Below are positions 28,022 through 40,092 of a stretch of 64,000 nucleotides of DNA, one piece after another; within the stretch, counting starts at the first letter, position 1, and every line of letters begins with the position of its first letter. Origin of the DNA: Dicyema japonicum (Eukaryota; Animalia; Dicyemida); assembly GCA_011109175.1 (NCBI GenBank), contig RDEW01000014.1, positions 620,001 through 684,000 on the forward strand. Direction: 5' to 3'. The notes under the pieces were generated by a model. The model did no database searches, was not told the origin of the DNA, and saw only the letters and a program-made list of their open reading frames with translations. The position numbers were made by a program, and so were the translations under genes.

Positions 28022-30862
28022 TTAAAGCGTGTTTATCCGGATGGACTTGTCAAGTAACCTAATCTTCGTGTGGCACTTATTCAGCATTTCTTTTTTAGTT
28101 TCAGTGTACATCTTAATTATTTGATTTATTTCGTATTTTTTAGCATTATCTGAAATATTTACAAATAGTACCAGTTTTTTCATAAAAGAATATGTATGCT
28201 CCGGGATCATCAGGTGCAGGAATTTCTTCATTGATCAGGACATCGGATATTGAGTACCATTGCTGTTTAGCTGTATCTTTTACATAGGCACTGTAATGTC
28301 CCTTTTCTATGGCTGCAACATTCATGATATTTCTTACATCCAGTATGACGAATGAATGATTTGAGACAATATTTAACGAATCTGTTTGCTGAAATCATCA
28401 GACTGAGTTCAGAATTTAAATACTCCACTCTTTTATTTGACCTTACCTGTTCATCGTCGATAAGAGAGTATCTTAGAGTGAATTGGTTGTCTACCGGTTT
28501 AGATGTACGATCAATATTGGTGGACCGTCGACGAAGGTTGTAGTTTTGACGCAGAGATTGGCATTACATTTGCATTTTCGGGAAACAAGTTCATTCCTGG
28601 AATATCAAAAAGATATTACATTTTGAGGTAATTATTTAGACATTCCTGAATATTGATGGACTCGTTAACATGGTTGAGTTCGGATTTTACATGCAACATT
28701 TTTTCAAAAATTTCAGAATAGACTTTTATTCGGACCCCCAACGCTTCAATCTGCATGTTTTGGTTTTGAAAAAAAGATTTTTCGCATCCCATACATTTAC
28801 TGTTAGTGCAGCTTCCACAGCGACCCTTCAAGTTTGCATTGACGTCATACATTTTTTTTAATCGCATAAATGCTAATGTTGTTTATTTTAGGAAAGTATT
28901 TTTCAAAAATTTCAATCATTTCCGAGTAAGAAACAGTTACGGGGATCCTCATCATTCTAGGGAACTTTTCATATTGATCTTTATCCGATTTTCGGATATA
29001 AACAGGGATATCTGTGAAATCTGATTCGGTTAAATAAAATTTTACCATTGATCTGAGTAACCGTCGGAATATAAACCTCTAAGACAATCAATGTGAAGCT
29101 TTCAATAAAATCAGTGACTTGAAACGACTTGTCCTGAAATTAACCTCATTTCTCTACTTTGAATTCTATTATGCAGTCATCGTCCTTGTAATATTCGATC
29201 GCAAATTTGAGATTGACAGAGCAGCCGGTCACAAATCTTATCATATTAGTCATTTGTTCAAGAGATTCGCGGTCAGCTACTTGTAACTCAAAGTTCTTCT
29301 TTCCGTAAATATTGTTGGCTGAAATAAAAATCACAGCTTAAAAGTAAATTTAAAATCTACGGACTGTGACGACAGTTTCGATAAGGGGGACTGATATTAT
29401 CGTCATCCTTTCATTGCTCATTACTGTATGAGAGCAGGCTTTGCATTTAATCTTGAAAATATTAATAAAAATATACACTGCAGCTGTATTTCAATGTATA
29501 CAGATCCTCCCATTTCTGTTTCCCTTGATGCTTAGCACACGAGGAAGATTTGAATTCATTCTTCATTTCATCAAGAAATGCCTTCAGAAATTCAAGGCAG
29601 TCTTGCTAAGTATCACAGTATCAAATGGTAACTTCTTTCCCGGATAAAATCTCGGGTCTTTTAGCTCTCAGAATTATCTTGAAAAGTTTTACAGCCTCCA
29701 GACAAATGGGGACATCGAAAGCCCGAGATATCATTATAATACAACCTCAGTGACCAAATTATGGAATGAAAGCATAAATAAAACCGATTTGACTTGCTCT
29801 TGGGACAACAGCTTGACGATATCAGAAGACAATATGTAATCAATGATAGGTGGAGACGACAGAATACACTGAAGACCCGCATTTACAAAACGAGTGCTCA
29901 GTACATCGTTGAATTTCAGTAGACCTAAATATATATGAACATAAAAAACCGTTATTACTACTTTTAAGTTGTTCTATCAATAATGGTGGGGGATATATTA
30001 AATTTTCTTTCGAGATTTTTTCTCCCGCTCCGTTATTTGTGGTTTCTATGCTCTGTGGGTTCTGGGAGTTTTCTACGTTTCCTGTTTCATCTTCTTTTAA
30101 CTTATTCGAGTCTTTCTCAGCCTCTTGATTTGTTTTTTCTTCGTCTTCACGCTTCTTTTCACAAACAGACTGATCTTTGGATATTTTAGGATCTTTTTTC
30201 GATTCCTCCAGAATATTTTCGTCAGTACTTTTTTCGACTTTATTTTGTCCGTCTACTAGATTAGTGGGTCGTTCTGTTTGGGCAACATTAGTTTTTTCTG
30301 CACTTTTATCTTCAGCAGTAACACTGGTTTCCTCAGTTTCACGTGTTTTTATTTCAGGGAGAGCCTCGGATTCCTTTTGTTTATCAGAACTTTCAATTCC
30401 ATTTCCCTTCTCAAGCGAAATGCCCGTTTCAACAGTTTCGTGATTTTCTGTTTTAGGCAGAGATTCCCTTTCATCACTTTCCGGTATATTGGACTTGGGA
30501 ATAGAGCTTTCAACTCCATTACTTCTTTCAACTGAAATATAAGTCTCGTTCGGTTCAATAAAGACATGACCTTCGTCAGTTTCAATTTTTTCTACTTTAA
30601 GAGAAGTTTCACTTTCTACAGGTTTATCGACATAAGGTTCAGGGTTTTGAATGTCATCAGCTTGTTCTGACATGACATGAGGCTCGTCAGTTTCAGTGGT
30701 TTCTGTCTTAGGCAAAGTACCACTTTCTTCAGGTTTATTGACGCAGGGTTCAGAACTTTTAGTGTCATCAGCTTGTTCTGTCGAGACGTGAGAATCTTGG
30801 GTTTCAATGGTTTCTGTTTTAGGCAGAGTTTCCTTTTCCTCTGATTTATCAAGACCTTGCAT
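28022..30862 (-). CDS. USP (peptidase C19) family protein with long acidic repeat N-terminus and catalytic Cys replaced by Arg; about 12 tiny introns
   Basis: After splicing: GLLKFNDVLSTRFVNAGLQCILSSPP (Cys box), QDCLEFL, IKCKACSH, PPILIVHLNRY, RHTGSIEKGHYSAYVK, WYSISD, AYIFFYEK. Confidence 0.85.
30330..30833 (-). repeat. Coding tandem repeat, unit about 111 bp / 37 aa, about 5 progressively degenerate copies
   Basis: ETLPKTETIETQDSHVSTEQADDTKSSEPCVNKPEES / GTLPKTETTETDEPHVMSEQADDIQNPEPYVDKPVES / ETSLKVEKIETDEGHV / ESLPKTENHET / EALPEIKTRET. Confidence 0.85.
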
Positions 30863-31202
30863 TTTAATTATTTTCCTACGATTTGTATTATATACATTTC
30901 ATTACAGAAACATTATATAATAGAGATTACATATTATAATTTTAAAGATACATAAAATTGAGGACAAATCATCGGTTTAGTCCATGTTATTCCTTACGCT
31001 GACATGGGAGTATATAAATTCCACAGGGTCTTTTTGATTGGACCCCTGTCATCCCTAGTTAACAAAGGAGAAGGGGGAATCAGCAGATTTTCTAAGCCGA
31101 GGAACTTGACTTTAATAATATACCATCTAAATCCTAATTTATTTTTAAATAAAATTGTTTGCTTTGCTTTTTGCATACAGAGCGTACTCGAGACGATTAT
31201 AA

Positions 31203-31432
31203 TAATAATTAATAATAACAGCCTTCTCACGAGAGCCATAATATTTATAGCTCCGCATAGACGAGTGACGCCGTCATCAGTGGATACTCACTGCGGAACT
31301 GGATTGTCTAGAAAGGACCCACACACAAGAAAAAGAAAAAAAGAAGTGAAGATCATTCCTTGGTTCTACAATTAGTTAAAATTAACTGTTCTTTACTTAA
31401 ATAAAGTGTGTGTCCTGCCTATGCGGAGCTAT
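31203..31432. mobile_element. SINE family A insertion with a 5' inversion
   Basis: 12-bp TSD agacgattataa (31191-31202, 31433-31444); tail on minus strand 31203-31260, body on plus strand 31261-31432. Confidence 0.85.
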
Positions 31433-31657
31433 AGACGATTATAAGTGGATTGAAATATCCACATATAAATACAAGCAACTGTTCTCGAAAGAACCACTGA
31501 AAGCCTGTTTTTTACAACCTATAGTGCAGGAGGTGGTAGTAAAGACCTGACCTAAAATCTTTGCTAGAGTGAAAGCAAAGACACGTGAGAGGGATTAGTA
31601 TGGATAAATTTATTTTGTTGATAAAAAAGACAATAAACATAATTTATTCCGTAAATT

Positions 31658-32059
31658 CTAGTAAGTATAGGAAACAAAGATAACAGCACAAACAAGTATT
31701 TTTTCTCCAATATAAGTTTCTGTATGACTCCAATCAGTCTCAAAATCTAGCAACGAAGACGACGAAAATGATATCGCATTTCCGATGTTCTGTCCAATAA
31801 GAACATTTACGATGATTTTATATTTCCTTGGGTATACCGATTTAACTGCTCCCATAATTTTCTTGGCTGCATGTTTGGATGATATTGAACTCACTTCGGG
31901 ATCATATTCTAACCCAGCTAACCATGCTACAATCGACTTTATTTCCTTAGTGATGATTTCTTTTCTGTCGATTTCTTTCACATACTTGATATTTTTGCTT
32001 TTATTCTTCAAAATTGAAGTTACTAACATTTTTTAAACAAAGCAACCTTTCCTCAGCAT
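31658..32059 (-). CDS. Tctex1-family dynein light chain (TCTEX1D-like); start uncertain
   Basis: LEYDPE, YPRKYKIIVNVLIGQNIG, SSSLLDFETD, VCAVIFVSY; probable 24-nt intron near 32023-32046. Confidence 0.8.
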
Positions 32060-32220
32060 TGAACTAAAAAACTAATTTACTGCATCATATTTTTTTGTTT
32101 TAAGATAATCCATTAAGCACAAAGGTGAGTCAATTAATTGATCACCAAAATTCGATTTTTTAAGATATTTTTGTGAATATGAAAATTTAAGCGATAAATG
32201 GTATTTTGTAAACTTTGACT

Positions 32221-32512
32221 GGGTGGCGCAGTGTAACGAGTGCAGGAGAGATCTGATGGCCCCTTGTTCAAATCCTACTGTTGTACATTTCGGTTGAAGG
32301 TTGCACGCATCTACGATGATTTAGCTTGACGAGTGACACCGTCATCAATGACGATTTCTATGCTCAACCGAATCGTCTATAATGGACATGCACCCAACAA
32401 AAATAAATATGAAGTGAAGAACATTCCTTAGTTCTTTTCTACTGTTTTTTACTTAAATAAAGTGTGTGTCCTCCCTGAACAGAGCTATAGCTAATATGGC
32501 TCTGCGTAAAAA
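32221..32512 (+). mobile_element. Full-length tRNA-derived SINE family A
   Basis: A-box tggcgcagtg, B-box gttcaaatcc, conserved body, hairpin tail cagagctata-gctaa-tatggctctg. Confidence 0.8.
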
Positions 32513-32745
32513 TGCAGTTTTACTGTAAAAAGTGTTATTTCTGAATGAATTAAAAACTGTAATTGTCCGATGACATTAATCATACTTGAGAGCTCATTTA
32601 ATCTAACGATTTGTGGAAATGCCTTTAATCAGCCTCTTGTCGGTTATTCTTTCCTCCTTTTTTGCTATCAATGATCCGATGCTACGCAACCAGGATAACG
32701 ATTTTGATCCTAGAATACTTGAGGTTTTATCTGCAATTTACAAAC

Positions 32746-35700
32746 AAAAAATCTCATGGAAAATAAAGAACGAAAAGAAGACAAAGTACGAGGAACAAAT
32801 CCAGTACAGACAAATCAGGTATGTTTTTTATGTGGACAATCGAACATCAGGAAATATGGGATTAACTGCACACAATGTGAATCATTCGCGTATCTGGGCT
32901 GCATAAAAATGAGTAAAGCTTGCGCCGAGACGCTGTCGAGTTGGCTGTGCCCCTCTTGTATTGGAATGGAGGCCCCCAGGCGGGAAAAAATAACTCAGTC
33001 AAACTTTACACTGCCACATACAGACCATACTCTCTTGAAGATCTCGAACCTCAGGAAAGCCATGAAGATCCCAGTAAAAATCCCTAAAGGAGTACGAATT
33101 GCCGCAGCAACGTGTCTTTCAGATGCCATTGATCACGCACTATCCTCTGACAGTTGGGAATCCTGGTTAAAACTTATATGCTTTGCACCTGTCGCACTCG
33201 GAATACCTACAAAGGAATCTGAGGACAATAATAAAGAAACAAACTCCCGACTCAACTTATCCGGGAAACTGAAACGAAACATAATGAATTTTAGCTGTCA
33301 TAACATACACGCAATACTTGAACATCCACTTAATGTCAATGAGGTCGAAACCAGAGGAGCATTCATCAAAGATGCCCCCAACAAACTAAAGGAGAGAGTA
33401 AACCGGAAACTTCTGGAAGGCGACGTGCGGGCAGCCTTACGAGTTATCACATCCGATGACACAGTATTGTCTTGTACCCCCGAGGTCCTAAATACCTTAA
33501 TACTAAAGCATCCAGATGCACCGACTGACTATGAAAAGTTTTTGAATCCTGAAGGAACCCAGGAGATAATCATTACTGAATCCGAAGTGCGCCACGGAAT
33601 AACTTCCTTCGCGGCTAGCAGCGGTGGAGGCTTGGAAGGGTTACGTCCTGGCCATATTAAGGACCTTACGTCCACTTACACCTCGGAAGCTGGACGGTGT
33701 CTTGTCAAATCAATTACGGACCTAATCAGAAAAATGGTTAACGGCGACATCCCAAAATATGCCAGAGAATTGCTCTTCTCTGCAAGGCTACTTGCTTTCA
33801 AAAAACCCAACGGAGGAATCCGCCCCATTGCGGTCGGGAACTATTTTAGAAGACTTGCAGCAAAAGTAGCATCGACCATGGTGAGCCGACAACTCGGAGA
33901 GGAGTTCTTTCCTAAACAAATGGGTGTTAGTATCCAGAACGGATGTGAGGTTGCGGTTCATGCAGCAAGGCGTTTCTTCACACAGAAAAATATTTCAAAT
34001 GAATGCATTGGAATCAAGTTGGACATAACGAATGCCTTTAATTCTCTCAGAAGAGACGAAATTATGAAAACGTGTTGGAAGAGGGCTCCAAAGCTTTTCC
34101 CTCTTGTCAATCTATCCTATGGGGAAGATACGTCTTTGGTTTTTGAAAATGAAATTATTAAATCAAAAACGGGTGTACAACAAGGAGATCCGCTCGGACC
34201 TCTATTATTTGCCTTGACCATTGATGAGGTTGTGAGTTCAATTGATGCTCAGCTAAATCTCTGGTACCTCGATGATGCCACAATTGGAGGATCGTTCAAA
34301 GAAACATACAATTCATTACGTAAAGCGTTACCCGCTTTAAAACATTTGGGCTTGGACATCAATGTTAACAAATCAGAGCTAATAAATGTCTCATATCCAT
34401 ACACCGACTTCCTCTCTATCAAGGAGTCTTTTAACGAACTGCTTCCTGGGATCCCGACTGTGCCAGTTGATAAATTATATTTCCTCGGATGCCCACTCAG
34501 CGAAGAAGAACTCAAGAACCATCTACTTTCCAAAAATGAAGAATTAACACGCCTTGCGAAAAGATTGTCATGTCTCGACTCTCACACATCTTTCTTCCTG
34601 ATGAGAAACAACATCGGACTACCCAAGCTTTTATATCTACTCCGATGTTCACCCTGCTACGAACAATATGACATTCTACTTTCAATAGACAAGTCTCTCA
34701 AGCAAACAGTCGAGTCACTAATTAACGTCCGCTTCGACGAACTTGGTTGGAAACAATGTAAGCTTCCCTCTGGATTTGGGGGTGTCGGAATGAGATCGGC
34801 GCTGGAGGTTGCGTACCCGGCATACCTATCGTCTCTCTCAAGCTGCAGCCATTTGACACGGCAAGTCCTTCATAACACAATTGGACTTCGCTGGAATGAG
34901 TCATTTGACGAAGCTTGTCGGAAATGGAACGGGTCCGGACTCAAAATCCCGAAGACACAACGAAGCAAAGTAATTGGGATGACATTGTCTGCTCCAAAAT
35001 TTTGGAAGACCTTAAAAAGAAGCAAATCAACATCGTCTGGCTTGTTTGGTGTCAGCTTCAAGTAGAGGGAGTGGAGCATGGCTTGGTGCAATACCTTGCC
35101 CAAACCTCGGGACCTTTTTGGACGACGATTCTTTGAGGATTGGAATCGGACAAAGGCTGGGACTAGACGTTTGCCAGGAGCACCGATGCCGATGCGGGAA
35201 AACAGTCGATGCGAAAGGATTGCACCCGCTGTCCTGCAGAAGAAGCGCCGGAAGGGGACCACGTCATGCTGCTCTGAATGATGTGATCGTCAGAGCTCTG
35301 AAGGCTTCAGGCTTCCCAGCACAGCTTGAACCAGTGGGTCTTGATCGAGGAGATGGGAAGAGACCTGACGGGATTACCTTTTTCCCCTTCACGTCTGGAA
35401 GATCTTTGGTCTGGGACGCAACTTGCATAAACACGTTCTCAAGCACGAACATTTTTAAATCGGTTCAGACACCTGGAGCAGCTGCTTCGACTGCGGAGAA
35501 CCTAAAAATCAAGAAATATTCTTGCCTCGGGGATCGCTACCGATTTACTCCTGTTGCGACCGAATCATCGGGAGCCGTTGGTCCAATGACGGCTGAGTTC
35601 TTGCGAGAACTCGGAGGATTGCTTGCCAGAAAGAAAAGGGATCAACGAGAAGGGTTATGGCTAAGACAAAAGATTGGAATAGCCATACTCCGAGGGAACT

Positions 35701-35773
35701 CGTTCGCAATTCCTAAAAAAACTGACATTTGTTTAATTGTTAAAAAAATTTTTGTTTAAAAAAAAAAAAAAAA
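32746..35773 (+). mobile_element. Near-intact CRE-like non-LTR retrotransposon: PHD-like finger, RT, zinc knuckle, restriction-like endonuclease, poly(A) tail
   Basis: CFLC..CTQC..GC..WLCPSC; GGIRPIAVG, GVQQGDPLGPLLF, WYLDDATIGG; CRCG..HPLSC, RHAALND, GKRPDG, LVWDAT; A-tract 35758-35773; only two 1-nt shifts near 34950 and 35018. Confidence 0.9.
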
Positions 35774-35974
35774 TTTACAAAATAAATTTTAATCAAATAA
35801 TTTTGAGAATTTTAATCGACTCCATGTTTCGGAAAAATAGGAATTCTAAAGAGGGTACCATTTTTATAAAGTGTCTCAATCTTTATGTCCAAATCAGAAG
35901 TATTTCGAGAAAATAGCCCAGTAAATCAAAAACCAAGAAAGAAAGTGCAACAACTATAAAAATCGAGGTCACCT

Positions 35975-36230
35975 AATCAGGGTCACTTTCTATTTCTCGG
36001 TTGTAGGAAACCCTTCCAAGGAATGGCCCAGTGGAGTGGAAGAGATCTATTTGGATGCTATCCCGACACTGGGCACCATCTGAGATTGGTGGATTAATCG
36101 ACGTTGAGCTAATTGAACAAGAGAGAGAAAAAACTGTACAAAGGAAGAGAAGCCTTCGACCAAGTAACTTAGAAAGTTTATTCAGAGAATCCGGATAAAC
36201 CAAGAAAGAAGCTATTAGTTAACAACGATT
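35975..36230 (-). mobile_element. SINE family B body and tail fragments
   Basis: Reverse complement matches ggtgcccagtg..., ttggaagggtt and the ttctttcttggtttatccgg tail. Confidence 0.55.
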
Positions 36231-36276
36231 TAAATGTATCCAGTTTTCACATTCGCAGAGACAGAGTCTCTCCAAT

Positions 36277-36348
36277 ATTTCATAAAAGTTTACTCAAAAT
36301 CAACGGAAAGGGAATTTCATAAAAGTTTACTCAAAATCAACGGAAAGG
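36277..36348. repeat. Perfect tandem duplication, period 37 bp
   Basis: atttcataaaagtttactcaaaatcaacggaaagg at 36277 and 36314. Confidence 0.9.
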
Positions 36349-36827
36349 AATCAAACTACGTACTGTTACTATGGCGAGAGACCCCGACCACTAAGCTACC
36401 TGGTCTTATAGTTGACAATAAGAATGTACTAATAACTTTTAGTTATTGGATCGACCTCGTGGCAATCCGGAGCAATGGGTCTGGTTTCATCACTCTCTGT
36501 GACTCCCAATCCAATCCTTTCTATCAACCAGGGATAGAAGCCGCCAAAACATGTAAACACGTAAATTAAGGACAAAATCAACGCTTCTCTAAATTCTGAT
36601 GAAAGGGGAGTTTCGTGGATTCAAAAAAGCTGTACGTACTATGAAGGAGCACAGCAAAAACCTCTCGATCCTGTTGAGGTCTTCCGGGATTACTTAATTA
36701 ACTCCTTCTTTCTTGGTGCTCCCTTTTTCGGGGTTAGATAATAAATAAATAATTATTAAATTTAAATATTTGAATTAATATTTGAATTAATCTTGATTAT
36801 TTTTGTACATTGTTGTGCCTAGTAATA

Positions 36828-37648
36828 ATGAACTTTGATGACGTGTTAAACACAAGCGAAGAAATTTTGTTCATATCCGGTGAGTTTCAGAGCTATAGCG
36901 CCCATATCGTAGAAAAAATAATGGAATACAATTCCAAAAATGGCACCACCATCACCCGAGTGAATTGCCAGCAGGTTTACAAACATAGTCACATTTTAGA
37001 AATAAAATCTAAAAAATATTACCCATGTGTTTTTTCCTATGGAATCACTCAGAAAAATTTCACTGTTTTGTTCATGGCCTCGATCTTTAAATTGCTGAAG
37101 CCTGGTGGTGTTGCCTTCGTTTTATTCGACGACTCAGCCACGTTTCATTATAGGCCATTCAAATTAGCAGGATTTTCACAAAGCGAAGTTAAATTTGATA
37201 AAATACCAGAAAACTGATTTTATGGATCTTGAAATTTTCACCGTTACTAAACCTTCCTTTGACTTTGCGGTCCCGATTTCTTCTTCCTGGAATGACATTG
37301 ATTTTAACATTCCTGACGACAAAGTTGACTTGGTTCAAGTGGAAGATCTTCTACAAGAAGAAGATTTGAGACCTCCAATGTCCGAGGAGATCACAGGTAC
37401 GTAGTTTTGTCTATTTTAGTGAAGAAGAAACGAAGGGCTTGTGCGAACTGCACGTGTGGATTGGCTAAGGGTAAACCGCATGATCAAAATAGCAAATCCT
37501 CGTGTGGAAATGTTGAATTTTTTTTAATCCTAACTTAGTGCTATCTTGGGGATGCCTTTAGATGTGAACGTTGTCCTTATGCTGGACTTCCTCCTTTAAA
37601 CCGGGAGAGGTTGTGGAGATCCCTGAAGAGGATTTGTTCGATTTGTGA
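36828..37648 (+). CDS. CIAPIN1: Anamorsin / Dre2 Fe-S cluster assembly protein
   Basis: [63 protein letters not shown](F)KPGE; three tiny introns; one apparent -1 shift at about 37596. Confidence 0.93.
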
Positions 37649-37767
37649 AGTGGTTTTAGCCTTTTTTACTTTTTGTTTATTAAATTGTTTAATTTTCATT
37701 GGCTTCTTTCTCTGAAAAAATTTAAAATGTTATGACTTCCTCGTGTTTTTTGACATCCTCTCGGTCG

Positions 37768-38003
37768 ACTGGCGCAGCGCAACAATGCCAGGCAAATAGC
37801 CTGATAACCCTGGTTCGACTTTCGCTGCTATACATTCCGGCCGAAGGTTCTATGCATCTACGATGCTTTGGCTTGACGAGTGACGTCGTCATCGGTGAAC
37901 ATTTCACTGCAGAACCGGATCGTCTATAAAGGAGTCACACGCAACAAAAAGAACTGAAGACCATTCCTTGGCCCCCTTTCTACGATTAGTTATCATAACT
38001 GTC
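37768..38003 (+). mobile_element. SINE family A copy immediately downstream of CIAPIN1
   Basis: tggcgcagcg A-box, ggttcgact B-box, conserved body. Confidence 0.8.
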
Positions 38004-38289
38004 ATATTTCACAACTTAGTATATTATCAGAAATAAAAATGATTTATTGTACTTCCCAAGTGTTACAATTCCTTAAGCAGCTTTCGTGATAGAGCGTATT
38101 TTTTCTTATGATTTGTATGGAATGGGCTCAATTTGCCATTAGTAAAATATTTTTAAAATTTAAAGAAATTCATTTTTGAATGAAACAAAATGAGGATTTT
38201 AAATAAAAAAATTATTTATTTAACAAAGGGTTATTTGAGGGAGATATGTTGTTATCAAAAGTCCTATTATATGGCTTGAAATTCAACAT

Positions 38290-39620
38290 CTTTCTTCATT
38301 ATAAAAGCTACATCTTCCGTAAAGTCTCCTTTTCTTCCAATTAACACTCCAAGATATTGTAAGTTAACGGGTTTTATATTTCCAAGGTCACAGCTCTGTC
38401 GTATCTTAGAAAGTTAGAGATCCAAAGAACGTTATCCTGAAAACACACCATTTGCTGATATCGTAGATTTTATTATCGAATAACTTTTTTGATAGTTTTC
38501 TTGACTTGGACACATCCGAGATTAGGATGTCATCAGTATAAAGAAGAATTTCTATACTCGATGTCATCGGTAGCGGTATATCAGCTGTGGGGATGGTGAA
38601 TAGCACGGGGCTGAGCGCTGAACCATGAGGGACTCCTTTCTTGACCTTCACTGGTGCTGATACAAATCCGCCATATTTAATGAATGAGCTACGTACTTTA
38701 CCCACCATTTGTCTCGTATAGACGGCGTATTAGTGCTTCGTGTCACACATTATTTAATGATTTTGATATTTCAAGTTACTTTTGATTTCATTCACTCAGG
38801 TTATTATTATTAAGAAGTGCTCACTAAAGGCCTCCGGTAGTTGTTCGTGGACTTGTCCAGAGGACTTCTTGGAATTTGAATGCTTCTGTTGCAACCCACT
38901 ACCGACAGACTGCGGCTGTGGAGTATGCCTCTGTTGCGTGGAGATTTGCATTATCTGAGACTACGCTCCACAGACTGAAATCAATATGCCGTAAAACTAT
39001 TCATATATTGGGCCCCCACATTGAATCAACAGTCAATCCCCTACTCACGGAAGCTACGACCCGTAGTTGCGGATCTGGATTCCTTCGCGTCTGTAAGGAA
39101 GATGGAAATCTGCTTCGCCTGTTCATTTCCAAGGCAGAAAAATCCGATTGGTTAAAAAATCCCGCTCTCCAATCGGATTCCTCTGCATGAATGAGAGAAG
39201 GCTCTTTCGCACGGTAGTGGAAATTATGGAAGACCGCAGACATTGGATGGCGCAGTGGATTACGGGAACTGAGATCACCTAACTGTTTGACGTTTTCTTC
39301 AAGTGGGGTCCCATAATAGTGGCATAATATCTCCATTTCTTCCAAGTCTTTGGTCTCTGAAAAACACCGAGTATCATGGGTTAGGTTTTTTAGGAGAGAT
39401 TTGTTTTTTGAAATAAAGCAATATCCACAGAATAAGCCGTACGGATCTCATTTATATTAATTTGAGAGATAGTCACGGATTGGGTTCGACATCCTTGGAA
39501 ATAAGAAGAAAAGCATGAAACCATTAAGTCTCAAGTAGAAAGGGATATGGGGTTTATGGCTCTTTATCGGATATGATGTGTAACGCCACCTCAACATTGG
39601 TGAGCAACGTGCTATTATCG
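38290..39620. mobile_element. Cluster of Vingi/Ingi-like LINE fragments in both orientations
   Basis: GVPHGSALSPVLF..YTDDIL (-), VEYASVAWRFAL (+), LLISKDVEPNP (-). Confidence 0.7.
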
Positions 39621-40092
39621 CTTCCTTTATGTAAACAATGCAACAATTTTTGTGTACTTTATAGAGACGGAAAATTAGGTCCTTCTTCCATTTTCATCAC
39701 ACGTCCACCTTCAGGGAAATCACTTCATTCTTCGGCAGAAGAGTTTTCATAATGGTAATATTCACCAGTGGATTGGTCAGGGAGAAGTTAGGGAGATCCC
39801 TTTCAACTACTGTGTCGTGCCAGAAGGACTCGTCATCTCACTGATGAGATCTGTTGACGAGAATACCTTCGCTGAAAAGTCAATTTTTTCTTATTCGAAC
39901 CCACGGCTGTGAGATCCCATGTCATCAGACGTTACGTTCAGCCAAAAAAGCTATTTTTTACTCGTTGATTTCTCCCTATTTTAATGTACTATAAAAATAT
40001 AATTATAAATACTTTAAAATTGATTAAAAAAATAATTAAATAATTTTTATTTCTAAGACAAATATATTCCAAAATATTGCCGACATAGTAAA

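Noticed and set aside
29983-30535. Antisense ORFs over the acidic repeat and similar shadow ORFs over VPS15, BMS1 and ANAPC5
   Set aside because: Mirror frames of real coding sequence with no independent evidence
37188-37209. Apparent frameshifts or stop-codon reassignment between adjacent ORFs (also 45474-45498, 44820-44841 and most of LRRCC1)
   Set aside because: Resolved by canonical 22-25 nt GT-AG introns; the standard code works throughout
39841-39880. Hammerhead ribozyme core (CTGATGA...GAAA)
   Set aside because: No convincing stem II or stem I/III pairing; the motif lies in the loop and arm of a simple hairpin
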